DNA of 58,743 nucleotides, taken from a virus. Lineage: Duplodnaviria > Caudoviricetes. Numbering within the stretch: position 1 is the first letter of the stretch; every line of letters begins with the position of its first letter. Position numbers and translations under genes: made by a program. Location of the stretch: IMG/VR virus record IMGVR_UViG_3300011434_000345, positions 1 to 58,743 of that record; one strand, 5' to 3'. The notes beneath the pieces are model-generated. The model saw only the letters and a program-made list of their open reading frames with translations, was not told the origin of the DNA and searched no databases. Shown one piece after another: positions 18,945 to 27,694 of this stretch.

Positions 18945-19261
18945 GCCTGCTTCTGTGCCAGGGAGAAGCCACTGCGCTCCCCCTACGCGAGGCGAGTGTG
19001 CAGTGTTGTGTCACCTCGCCGCCCTATTGGGGCTTGCGGGATTACAACGTTGCCGGGCAACTCGGCCTCGCAGCCCTCGCTGCATGGGAGGGGGGAGAGG
19101 GGCATCCGCAGATGCCCACGTATACCGACTTGTCCCTGTTTAGCGAGGTGCAGCCATGCGCGAGCCCGTCCCCATTCTCAGCAAACACTTTGGTGCCTGG
19201 GGCAAGGATGACTCCCCTTCCCCTGCGTTGCCGACCGACGAGACCTGCCTGGCGCACCTGA
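18941..19261 (+). pseudogene. Truncated N4/N6 DNA methyltransferase remnant
   Basis: SVQCCVTSPPYWGLRDY...GQLGL (catalytic motif IV) with no SAM-binding FxGxG motif. Confidence 0.75.
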
Positions 19262-19406
19262 TGCGCGCCTCAGGCCAGACCGACGCGGCGTACTGGCAGC
19301 AGGCCCTACGCTGGTGCCATGTGCCGTGGAGCAGCCCGGCACACGACTGGCCAGACGGGCTGGCGCGGGTGCTGGCGAGCCACGCGCATCAGCGGTCGTG
19401 GGAGGG

Positions 19407-19649
19407 CTAGGGGGCAGCCGTAGCAAGCAGGTGCAACGCAGGGTCGTCGTCATAGAGGCCCACGAGCCAGTCAATCGAGCAGGTAAGGGCACGTGCCAGG
19501 CGGCGGAGGACATCCGCGCCAGGATTCGGCGTGTCACCATGTTCAAGACGAGAAATCATGTTCTGACGCATCTTGGTCATTTCGGCAAGTTGTCGTTGGG
19601 ACAAGCCGAGTTGTTCACGACGCTGGCGGATACGGTCCCCAAGAGGCAT
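19407..19649 (-). CDS. XRE-family HTH regulator
   Basis: MPLGDRIRQRREQLGLSQRQLAE...ISRLEHG...LARALTCSIDWLVG. Confidence 0.88.
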   Translation of the reverse strand: MPLGDRIRQRREQLGLSQRQLAEMTKMRQNMISRLEHGDTPNPGADVLRRLARALTCSIDWLVGLYDDDPALHLLATAAP

Positions 19650-19672
19650 ACGTGGCTCTCCAGAATAACGCA

Positions 19673-19755
19673 TGAGTAATATTACTCAATAGGGATAGAC
19701 AATGCAACAAAGATATACTGAATATATTGACTTTCTCATTCCTAATTAGTAATAT
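19673..19755 (+). promoter_or_regulatory. 16-bp palindrome and sigma70-like promoter for the replication gene
   Basis: TGAGTAATATTACTCA 19673-19688; TTGACT-17-TAATAT 19727-19755. Confidence 0.6.
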
Positions 19756-19813
19756 ATAGGTGTCATGAATGATGCTAGAGGGTATCACAGGGTAGGCATA
19801 AACACAGCAGTAC

Positions 19814-21181
19814 ATGAAGCCTGGGGGATGCATGGCCGTACAAGCGAGTCCACGAGAGGCACACGCCACCGCGAACGGGCAGGGCTCTCGGGAGGAGACG
19901 CTTGCCGCCATGGTAAACGAGGGGAGTGCAGAAGAGTTCGTCGATACCCTGATTGGCATTCTCCAGATGGATGCCTACGCCACGAAGATTCTGTATGAGC
20001 CGCTCTGTCAACGCCGCTGTGCCCAGGTGAAGCGGGAGTATCGCCCGCTCTACAAGGGCAAGCTCTACAAAGCGGTACAGATGACCCTGGGCTATGAGGC
20101 GCCAGCGTGGGACCGGGAAATTGATGTCTGGGTCTACAGTCAGGATCGGCTTATTACGGTGCCTCTGTCGAGTATTGCCGACGAGGATGTCTCCTGGCTC
20201 TGGGAACCCTATGTGCCCTACAAGAAATTGACGCTGGTTGAAGGCGATCCAGAGGGGGGGAAGACCTACCTGCTCTTGGCGATTAGTGCCGCTGTCACGA
20301 AGGGGTTGCCGCTTCCTGATCAACTCGGACTGATGGAGCCCGGCAGCCGCAAGCCTGGGAATGTCCTGTATATCACGGCGGAGGATGGGCTCGCAGATAC
20401 GATCAAGAAACGGGCGAGAAAATGTGGCGCAGACCTGGACCGGATCTTCGTAATTCCGACCGCCAGTATGTTCCCAGAAGACATGCAGCCGTTTTCGCTG
20501 GCCCGGCCACATCTCCTCAGTGCTGCCATTGAGGAACGGGAGGCCAAGCTCGTGATCCTTGATCCCCTCACGGCGTTTCTGGGGGCAACGGTTGATATGC
20601 ACCGAGCTAATGAAGTCCGACCGCTCATGACGACACTCGTTGGCATTGCCGACAAGCATAATTGTGCGATGGTCGCTATCCGGCATTGGACCAAGGCGGT
20701 AGGCGGGAAGGCCAGTTATCGTGGACAAGGCAATGTCGATTTTCTCGCAGCGGCTCGCTGTGTGTTATCCGTGGGGGAATCCCCGGAAGATGAACGGTTA
20801 CGACTAATGGCGCAATCGAAAAACTCTCTCGTAGCGCGGGGGACATCGATCCTTTTTGAAATTTCCGATAGTGGCTTGCATTGGGCAGGAACGAGCACCC
20901 TCACGGCAGACGAATTGAGTGCCGCCCAGCCGAATAAACACCAGCACCAGCGCAAAGATGCGATGCAATGGCTCAAGGATTTCTTGAAGACAGGGCCACA
21001 ACCAGCAACCAATGTCACCATTGCTGCTGATCTCGTGGGGATTAGTGACCGAACGTTACGGCGGGCAAGAGAGCATTTACACATCCTCACAACCAAAGAT
21101 GCCGGCGTGTGGTATTGGCGGCTGCCAAACTTCCACAAGTGGGAACGAGAACGCTATCCGGGGCAAGAAGATGAGGAATAA
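19814..21181 (+). CDS. RepA/AAA_25-type replicative helicase
   Basis: VSWLW, Walker A GDPEGGKT, YITAED, Walker B LVILDP, IRH..K, AAAR, KNSL; start may be 19832. Confidence 0.85.
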   Translation: MKPGGCMAVQASPREAHATANGQGSREETLAAMVNEGSAEEFVDTLIGILQMDAYATKILYEPLCQRRCAQVKREYRPLYKGKLYKAVQMTLGYEAPAWDREIDVWVYSQDRLITVPLSSIADEDVSWLWEPYVPYKKLTLVEGDPEGGKTYLLLAISAAVTKGLPLPDQLGLMEPGSRKPGNVLYITAEDGLADTIKKRARKCGADLDRIFVIPTASMFPEDMQPFSLARPHLLSAAIEEREAKLVILDPLTAFLGATVDMHRANEVRPLMTTLVGIADKHNCAMVAIRHWTKAVGGKASYRGQGNVDFLAAARCVLSVGESPEDERLRLMAQSKNSLVARGTSILFEISDSGLHWAGTSTLTADELSAAQPNKHQHQRKDAMQWLKDFLKTGPQPATNVTIAADLVGISDRTLRRAREHLHILTTKDAGVWYWRLPNFHKWERERYPGQEDEE

Positions 21182-21183
21182 AA

Positions 21184-21368
21184 AGTTGGCCAAGCTGGAT
21201 AAGTTGGACACCCTGGCCATGTTGGCCATGTTGGCCAAGTTGACGAGCAAGTCTACACTCATGAGTCAACTTGGCCAAGTCATCTTGGCCACTTCTTAGG
21301 GGGGGGGCGAGATGCGGGGACTTGTGGAATCAATCGGTTAGGTTCATGTTGGCCAACTTGGCCAACTT
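21184..21368. repeat. 9-bp TTGGCCA(A/T)G iteron-like array, putative replication origin
   Basis: aagttggcc aagctggat aagttggac accctggcc atgttggcc atgttggcc aagttg, inverted copies at about 21268-21291 and 21345-21368; immediately after the helicase. Confidence 0.7.
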
Positions 21369-21830
21369 TTTACCTGCGCAGGCGCGCGCGTAAAAGCAAT
21401 GATCATGCCAGAAAGGTATCTATGAAGGCGATAGGAACAGAAAACCAAGGAGCCCCATATATAACCCCACTCCCCGACCCCAGCCTCACCGCCCGCCGCG
21501 CCATCACGCGCTATGGGGATACCCTGCACACGCGGCGCCAGCAGGGCGTCGTCTATTGGTGGCTGCCGGAAGAGCCACAGGACCTGCGGGCGACACCGCC
21601 CAGCCAGGAGGAGACCCGCAATGGCACGCATGCCGCCGAGTGAGTATCCGCCCTGCGCGCCGCCTGGTCCTGCCTTTCACCAATGCGCCTGTCGCGCGCT
21701 GGTCAGCGAGCACGTGTGGATCCAGGGCACAAAGGAGACGCCCGCGCACTGGCGGGGGGTGCCCGAGAGACTCACGGCAGCCCTGGGACTGCCGCATGGA
21801 TGTGCCAGGAGTGAGGAGAAAAACGAGCGG

Positions 21831-21977
21831 TTACTTGACACGTTCCCTGGTCGCTTTTTCCCGAATGGCGAGCTCGATAATGGAGGTTGCCGTGAGGCCA
21901 TGCTTCTCGCTGAGTAATGCGAGGAGACGGCGGGCTTCCGCAGTGAGACGGACAGTGGTAGACCGCTTTTTTTCCAT
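21831..21977 (-). CDS. Ribbon-helix-helix (CopG/Arc-like) regulator
   Basis: 48 aa MEKKRSTTVRLTAEARRLLALLSEKHGLTATSIIELAIRE. Confidence 0.75.
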   Translation of the reverse strand: MEKKRSTTVRLTAEARRLLALLSEKHGLTATSIIELAIREKATRERVK

Positions 21978-21986
21978 CGAATATCC

Positions 21987-22015
21987 TTGACAGCGTATGG
22001 CAGATGTCTTACACT
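21987..22015 (+). promoter_or_regulatory. Sigma70 promoter upstream of the SSB-to-conjugation arm
   Basis: TTGACA-17-TACACT, overlapping the leader of the divergent RHH gene. Confidence 0.7.
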
Positions 22016-22088
22016 TGGTATTCATGATAAGGCATGCGCCATACAGTATACAAGAAGAATCGTCCTTTACCATGCAAAGGAGCAAGTC

Positions 22089-22595
22089 ATGCCGTACGGT
22101 GAACACACTGCCGATCCTCTTGAGTACGAGAAAGTGCCCAGTCTGTCCTTCCGGGATCAGCCCATTGGCACCACCTACACCGGCAAGGTGCTTGGTCCGG
22201 CGAGTCTCGTTCCATCGCGGGACTTTGAAACGGGCGAACCCGCGACCTGGCCAGACGGCAATCCGAAATATTCCGTGGTGATTCGCGTGGAGGTGAACGG
22301 GGAGGCCCGAAGTCTCTGGGCACCGAAGCCCTCCGCCATGTTTGCCGCCCTCGTGGCGGCCCAGAAAGAGGCCGGGCAGCGCATTGGCCCAGGCGGCACG
22401 CTCCAGGTGCGCTTCAGTGGCGAAGTCCCGAACGCGAAGAATCCCCGGCTGCACGCCGCGAAGCAATACCAGTGTCGCTACACGCCGCCCGTGCACGATG
22501 CGTTCGCGGACGAGTTCGCGCCCCCGGCGCAACAGGCACCACAAGCCCCCAGGATGCCCCAGGGCGCGACGAGTGCGCCGAAGCAAGGTTGGTAG
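22089..22595 (+). CDS. Putative single-stranded DNA-binding protein
   Basis: Beta-rich core (IGTTYTG...RDFETGEPATWPDGNPK...GGTL.VRFSG...AKQY) with a low-complexity tail; AAGGAG RBS. Confidence 0.55.
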   Translation: MPYGEHTADPLEYEKVPSLSFRDQPIGTTYTGKVLGPASLVPSRDFETGEPATWPDGNPKYSVVIRVEVNGEARSLWAPKPSAMFAALVAAQKEAGQRIGPGGTLQVRFSGEVPNAKNPRLHAAKQYQCRYTPPVHDAFADEFAPPAQQAPQAPRMPQGATSAPKQGW

Positions 22596-22597
22596 CC

Positions 22598-23347
22598 ATG
22601 GACCTGTCCGCGCAGCCGGGCACGCTCCTGGAGCTGTCTACGCCCTGTCCCCGCTGTGGAGGGACGATGGGCTGGCTGCCGCCAGGGCCACACGGCATGA
22701 CGGTAAAGCTCGGCTGCGCGGGCTGCCATGCGTATCTACGCACCTTGACACGCCCCACACTGAAGGAGATGACGATGCCTCTCGAGATGCTGGCGCCCCC
22801 CTCGGCGCCGATGATGACTGGCGCCCCCCGCCCCGAGCCGGACGACATCATTGACCCAGAGGTTCCCCCAGGCACCCTGGACACCCCCATCGCCGAGCAG
22901 CCCCCTCACAGCCCCGTGGAGGCACGCGCCACAACCCCCCGTCCCGACACCTTGCCCGACGGCGTGATGCCCCTGGCAAACGGGCTGTGCGCGTACATTC
23001 GTGACAAGATGCATACCTTCATGATGGACGAGCACAAGGGCCTCATGCAGACGCTGGATGCCACGCTGGTGGCCATGCGCAAATGGGTGGAGATTGTCGG
23101 GCAGCAGAATGAACATGCGCAGTATTCGCTCGCCGATGCGCTGACGAAGCTCCAGGCGGACGGCCTCACGGTCATCCATCCCCCGTACCAGGCCGTGCTG
23201 CACGTGCAGACGCCCGCAGGCTATGCGCTGGCGCTCACGATTACGAAGTCCTCGTCGAGTGCCCTGGTGGAGGAGTTGGGCCGCCTGGAGGGCTGGTTGC
23301 AGGGGCACGGATATGGGGCGCCCCCCAGGCAGGCGGGGCAGCCATGA
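22598..23347 (+). CDS. Hypothetical protein with N-terminal Zn ribbon
   Basis: CPRC...CAGC; ATGA overlap with the next gene. Confidence 0.55.
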   Translation: MDLSAQPGTLLELSTPCPRCGGTMGWLPPGPHGMTVKLGCAGCHAYLRTLTRPTLKEMTMPLEMLAPPSAPMMTGAPRPEPDDIIDPEVPPGTLDTPIAEQPPHSPVEARATTPRPDTLPDGVMPLANGLCAYIRDKMHTFMMDEHKGLMQTLDATLVAMRKWVEIVGQQNEHAQYSLADALTKLQADGLTVIHPPYQAVLHVQTPAGYALALTITKSSSSALVEELGRLEGWLQGHGYGAPPRQAGQP

Positions 23348-23853
23348 GCGGCAAGCTCACGAAAGCAAAACATAGACATGGACACCGCACAAGCACATAC
23401 ACATCGCCCACATGGATTTCCTGGAGAGCCATGCATGAGCGCTGCTATACCCCAGGTGCCGCAGATTATCCCCGCTACGGTGGTCGTGGGATCCTCGTCT
23501 GTGCAGCATGGAGATTCTCTTTTGTCACGTTTCTTGCGGATATGGGTGAACGTCCATCAGGGATGACTTTGGACCGCATACACGTGAATGGGCCGTATAG
23601 TCCAGAGAATTGCCGATGGGCTACGGCAGATGAGCAAGCAGCCAATACGAGCGCAAACGTTCATCTGACATGCAGAGGAAAAACACAAACGCTTAAAGCC
23701 TGGGCGCAAGAGCTTGGCATAAATCGACATACTCTCGCCTGGCGTCTCAAGCAGGGGAAAAGTGTCGAGCAGGCACTTACCGATCCCATTATGCCTCGTG
23801 GTGAACGGGGAATATTGGGGCTGAAGGCGCGAGGAGTCATAGATGTCTTTTAA
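23344..23853 (+). CDS. HNH homing endonuclease
   Basis: W..M..RC....YGGRGI.VC..W..F..FLADMGERP.G.TLDRI..NG.Y.PENCRWAT..EQ..N; lower GC. Confidence 0.88.
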   Translation: MSGKLTKAKHRHGHRTSTYTSPTWISWRAMHERCYTPGAADYPRYGGRGILVCAAWRFSFVTFLADMGERPSGMTLDRIHVNGPYSPENCRWATADEQAANTSANVHLTCRGKTQTLKAWAQELGINRHTLAWRLKQGKSVEQALTDPIMPRGERGILGLKARGVIDVF

Positions 23854-24328
23854 GAAAAATAACTATCCTCCAAATTGGCAAGCGTTGCGAGCTGAAGTAT
23901 TACGGCTGGCAGAAGATCGTTGTCAATGTACCGGCGAATGTGGCAGCGATCATCGGGTGGATGGGATCCCTGGCAAGCGCTGTGACATCCCAAACCATGC
24001 ACGCATTGTTCGTGACTCAGTGACCCCTGCGCACTGGTGGGAGGAGAGAGACGCCCCGCGGCATCACCTTGGCGATGACTGTAAGGTGGTCACGTGCAGA
24101 CTGACCATCGCGCATCTGTGCCACGAGAGCACCTGTGATAATCTCGAACATTTACGGGCGATGTGCCAGCGGTGCCACTTGGTCTACGACGCAACGCAGC
24201 ATGCAGCGCATGCCATGCAGACCAGGTGGCAACAACGCGACGCTGCTGGGCAAATGAGGCTCTGCCTGCTCGCCGCCGAGGGGCCGCCGCCCGCCAGTCC
24301 CCCCATGCGTGGGAAGGAGTCGCCATGA
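23843..24328 (+). CDS. HNH-like protein
   Basis: YPPNW...RCQC.GECG...LTIAHL.H....NLRAMCQRCHL.YD. Confidence 0.75.
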   Translation: MSFKKNNYPPNWQALRAEVLRLAEDRCQCTGECGSDHRVDGIPGKRCDIPNHARIVRDSVTPAHWWEERDAPRHHLGDDCKVVTCRLTIAHLCHESTCDNLEHLRAMCQRCHLVYDATQHAAHAMQTRWQQRDAAGQMRLCLLAAEGPPPASPPMRGKESP

Positions 24329-24517
24329 ATCCCATCATCCTATACGACCGTCTCGCCGAAGTCAGCGAGGACCTCTATCGGGCCATCACGTTGAGCGTCC
24401 TGCCCGACCGGGCCGCCCTGGAGGCGCTGTGGGTGCGGCTCGATGACCTCGTGGAGCAGTTACCGCAGGCGCTCCAGGAGATGGTCCACCCTGATGAGGT
24501 GGACCTGCCGTAAGCCA

Positions 24518-24590
24518 GGCGGGGCGGGGCCAGGCTCGGCGGGGCGGCGCGAGGCAAGGAAGTCATAGGGGGCACGTTGATGCGTGCCCC
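24518..24590 (+). repeat. GGCNN pentamer run followed by an 8-bp hairpin
   Basis: ggcgg ggcgg ggcca ggctc ggcgg ggcgg cgcga ggcaa, then ggggcacg-ttgatg-cgtgcccc (24569-24590). Confidence 0.6.
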
Positions 24591-24619
24591 ACTACTAAGG
24601 CATCACCCTGCGAGAGAGG

Positions 24620-24967
24620 ATGATTCCCATGTCAGAGAGTATAGCCCATCTGGTGGACCCGGAGTTACGCGGCCTGACCCGCGCCAATGTCTTTGGCCTC
24701 CGTGATCACCTGGCTAAACACTACGCCTACTGGTTCAAAAGTATTCCCATCGACGAACTCTACTCCGCGGGCAACCTCGCCATTGCCGAGACCCTCGCCG
24801 CTGCGCCCGCTGACCTGACACCGACGCAGCTCGCCGCCCTGCTCTATCACGCCATCCGTCATGCCATCCTTGCGGTGTGGCACGAGGAGCATGCGCGTCA
24901 GCACCCCCCCTTCGCCGCCGTGAATGTCGAACGGGTCACGACGAGGAGAGTCCGCCATGCCGCGTAA
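24620..24967 (+). CDS. Sigma-factor region 2-like fragment
   Basis: IDELYSAGNLAIAE...LLYHAIRHAI resembles the EDLIQEGNIGL...TYA..WIRQAI pattern; no region 4 HTH. Confidence 0.4.
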   Translation: MIPMSESIAHLVDPELRGLTRANVFGLRDHLAKHYAYWFKSIPIDELYSAGNLAIAETLAAAPADLTPTQLAALLYHAIRHAILAVWHEEHARQHPPFAAVNVERVTTRRVRHAA

Positions 24968-25268
24968 CCGCGCGCTCCCGCAGGCCGACCCCACGCAACA
25001 CTTGGCGGACAGCATCGCGGCGAAGAAAGCCCAACTGCGCCGCATGGAGGCGCGGCTGCGGGCGACGCACCAGCGAGACCGCCAGGCGCAGTACGTCCGG
25101 GCGGGGAAGATTGTCGAAAGCTGCGGGCTCCTGGATGCATCCAGTGAGGTCCTCCAGGCGGTGCTTCGGGCGGGAGGGGAGTGCGTCGAGCGGCACGTGC
25201 AATGCGCGCCCGCCACCCCCGCACTCCAGGAAGACGCAACGACAAACACTCAGGAGCCCAGGCCATGA
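24957..25268 (+). CDS. TraD/MobC-like relaxosome accessory protein
   Basis: Basic coiled coil then R.R....VRAGKIVESCGLL, resembling the TraD-type LIELGGLVVKAGL motif; upstream of oriT and relaxase. Confidence 0.55.
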   Translation: MPRNRALPQADPTQHLADSIAAKKAQLRRMEARLRATHQRDRQAQYVRAGKIVESCGLLDASSEVLQAVLRAGGECVERHVQCAPATPALQEDATTNTQEPRP

Positions 25269-25474
25269 TGGCGGAAGACGTAACCTCCCTCTTGTACCAG
25301 ACAAAACTGGCAGAGAGCATTGGGCAGGCACGGCGGTTGATTCTCCAGGGGGCCGTGCGGATCAATGGAGTGCCAGTGACAACCCTCGACGCCCAGGTGC
25401 AACGAATCCCTGGCACAATATACCGCGTGCAGTGTGGGAACAAAACGGAAACGTGGACCGTCGCAATCCTGTGA
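25265..25474 (+). CDS. Stand-alone S4 RNA-binding domain
   Basis: LAESIGQARRLILQGAVRING, as in the TyrRS C-terminal S4 domain. Confidence 0.7.
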   Translation: MMAEDVTSLLYQTKLAESIGQARRLILQGAVRINGVPVTTLDAQVQRIPGTIYRVQCGNKTETWTVAIL

Positions 25475-25496
25475 CAGGAAACCCCGAAAATTGAAC

Positions 25497-25530
25497 AAGC
25501 GCGATAACTCATATGTCTACGACATATGAG
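25497..25530. other. Candidate MOBQ-type origin of transfer (oriT)
   Basis: AAGCGCGATAA adjacent to a perfect 10-bp inverted repeat CTCATATGTC-tac-GACATATGAG, 38 nt before the relaxase ATG. Confidence 0.6.
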
Positions 25531-25568
25531 CTCGTAACGCAGGAAAGAAGAAGGAAAGTCAGAGCAAC

Positions 25569-26675
25569 ATGGCCATCGTAAACTTTCGGGTGAACCACCT
25601 GACACAACGGAGTAGCGGGGCAACCAGTCGCGTGGTGCAGTATCTGACACGCGAGGGGCGCTACGCACCGACCCAGGCCGAGGTGGAGTATCTCACCCGG
25701 ACGTCACCGGCGACTGCCGAACGAGACGACCTCGTGTACCAGGAGACGGCGAATCTGCCCCCATGGGCGCACGGAGATGCACAGACGTTTTTTAAGATGG
25801 CTGAACGCATGGAGGGGGAGAACAGACGGTGGGGAACCACCTGGCAGCTCGCATTGCCCAGAGAGCTGGGGCAGGAAGCACAGAGAGCCATGGCCCGCGC
25901 GTTTCTTGAAACGCACTTAGCCAACCATGCGTATCTGTTCGTGATCCACGATCCCGTGAGTGACGCAGGGCAGCATCAGCCGCATGTGCATGTGCTCTTC
26001 AGCGAGCGCGCGCAGCCAGCACACATCCCAGGTCCAACCATGTATTTTAGGAGACCAGAAGCGGGAGGCTGTGCCAAAGATCGCTGGTTGAATCATCGGT
26101 CCGTAGTCACCGAAGTGCGACACGCCTGGTGCGACTGGACCAACTACACCCTCGAGCGGGCGGGGCACGAGGCACGCATTCACCCGAGCAGTCTCTACAA
26201 GCGCAACATTGACCGTCAACCGGAGCCCAAGGTTGGCCCAGGCAAGGACCCGACAGCCATGGCCGAGCGAGCGCGCATCCGCCAAAGCCGAGACGAGGCA
26301 CGCGAGCAGGCCATGGCGGCGGAGGGGTGGGCATTGCGCAAAGCGAAGCTGGGCATCACCGACGTACAGACACTGCCGCCTCCCCAATTTTTAGCCGAGA
26401 GTCGCATACGGGCACGCGGCGTCCAGCCCGGCCAGTGGGCATCGGGCGCCCCGTCACCCCAGCAGCAGACGCAGGCACGCACCAGACGCCAGCGCCAGGC
26501 CATCGAAAGGAGTATGGAGGGCCTGGAAACCGAACTCCGCATTTTGACCAGGCGGCAACAGACACTGCATCTCCCCCGTGCGCCACGGCGAGACCGTGAG
26601 GCCATGGGCGTGGGCTTGCGGGCGAACTTCCGCGAGGAGGACGAGTATGGACGACAGACCGGCTATGGTCGCTAA
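25569..26675 (+). CDS. mobA: MobA/MobL-family (MOBQ) conjugative relaxase
   Basis: Catalytic Tyr in QYLTREG, NLPPWA, LALPREL, HUH motif IHD...QPHVHVLFSER, W....N..LERAG...RI...SL. Confidence 0.93.
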   Translation: MAIVNFRVNHLTQRSSGATSRVVQYLTREGRYAPTQAEVEYLTRTSPATAERDDLVYQETANLPPWAHGDAQTFFKMAERMEGENRRWGTTWQLALPRELGQEAQRAMARAFLETHLANHAYLFVIHDPVSDAGQHQPHVHVLFSERAQPAHIPGPTMYFRRPEAGGCAKDRWLNHRSVVTEVRHAWCDWTNYTLERAGHEARIHPSSLYKRNIDRQPEPKVGPGKDPTAMAERARIRQSRDEAREQAMAAEGWALRKAKLGITDVQTLPPPQFLAESRIRARGVQPGQWASGAPSPQQQTQARTRRQRQAIERSMEGLETELRILTRRQQTLHLPRAPRRDREAMGVGLRANFREEDEYGRQTGYGR

Positions 26676-27051
26676 CAACGCAGCGGCGCGGGGCTGGGAG
26701 CCCAAAGCCCCAGAGCGCGTGTTGCAGGCACTCCGCGCCGACCTCGACCGCTTTCAGGAGGCATGCCTGGCGAAGCTCCGGGAGAACCTGGGGCAGGAGT
26801 TGACCGCACATCACGGAAGAGGCACTGCCGAGATGCGCGAGTGGTACGAAGCCCGCGAAACATTTGTGCGCAACATTTGCGCAGACATGGGGGTGCGCAT
26901 TCAGGACGCGTGTGCTCCCATGTTGGACGTAGCCGCCAAGGTCACGCTCGGGAGACGGACACCGGCAGAGGCGGCGCAGCACCGCATTCAGCACCGCTTG
27001 GATGCCAGGACACAACCACGCCAGGAGCAGGGCTATGGCCACCGCTACTGA
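26647..27051 (+). CDS. Hypothetical protein overlapping the relaxase 3' end
   Basis: 134 aa helical; ends QEQGYGHRY, similar to the relaxase tail RQTGYGR. Confidence 0.55.
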   Translation: MDDRPAMVANNAAARGWEPKAPERVLQALRADLDRFQEACLAKLRENLGQELTAHHGRGTAEMREWYEARETFVRNICADMGVRIQDACAPMLDVAAKVTLGRRTPAEAAQHRIQHRLDARTQPRQEQGYGHRY

Positions 27052-27373
27052 CCTGACCGCGATCAATGAGACACTCGACGATCTGGGCGCCGTGCTAACG
27101 CATCACGGCGACATTCTCACGCACCTGGAGCAGCGCCCCGTGCCTGACATCGCGGGGCTGGCGCGGCGCCTCGAGGACGTCGCGGATGCAGTGGACCGGC
27201 TGCACGCGCCGGAGCCAGCGATACGCCCCTGGTGGTACACCCCGGCAGCGGTGAGTCTCGCTCTGGCGCTCGGGTGGGGGCTCTGTTGGGCGACGGTGCG
27301 CTGGCTGCCGGGGGCACTGTTGCCGCCCGGCTTTACACGGATGGACCCGGTGAAGCAGAAAGGACGGTTTTAG
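27035..27373 (+). CDS. Coiled-coil protein with one TM helix (possibly MobB-like)
   Basis: Heptad N-terminus, then PWWYTPAAVSLALALGWGLCWATV. Confidence 0.5.
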   Translation: MATATDLTAINETLDDLGAVLTHHGDILTHLEQRPVPDIAGLARRLEDVADAVDRLHAPEPAIRPWWYTPAAVSLALALGWGLCWATVRWLPGALLPPGFTRMDPVKQKGRF

Positions 27374-27694
27374 ATGACGGACAAGTATATCCTACAGGGC
27401 ACAACCCCTGTGAAAGAAGAAGACCTGCTCGCATGGGCGCAATGGTTTGAAACAGCCAATCGCCAGGTAGTAGAGACATGGATCCCCCCAGACATTCGTG
27501 TCAGTACGGTTTTTCTAGCGCTCGATTACCAGCGGGACGAGGGGCCGCCGCTCCTCTTTGAAACCATGGTTTTTGGGGGAGCCTGCGACCAGGAACAAGT
27601 ACGCTATAGCACCTGGCACGAGGCGGAACACGGCCACGAAGCGATGGTACTCCGTGTGCACGAGGCGGAACGTGAGTCGGGGGAAAGTGCCTAA
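27374..27694 (+). CDS. Phage-type hypothetical protein
   Basis: VSTVFLALD...PLLFETMVFGG...RYSTW.EAE.GH; I recall this motif from phage genomes, not checked against a database. Confidence 0.65.
   Translation: MTDKYILQGTTPVKEEDLLAWAQWFETANRQVVETWIPPDIRVSTVFLALDYQRDEGPPLLFETMVFGGACDQEQVRYSTWHEAEHGHEAMVLRVHEAERESGESA

Noticed and set aside
19814-22595. Phage-plasmid lifestyle
   Set aside because: No ParA/ParB, plasmid initiator or protelomerase recognised; integrase plus cI/cro favour integration.
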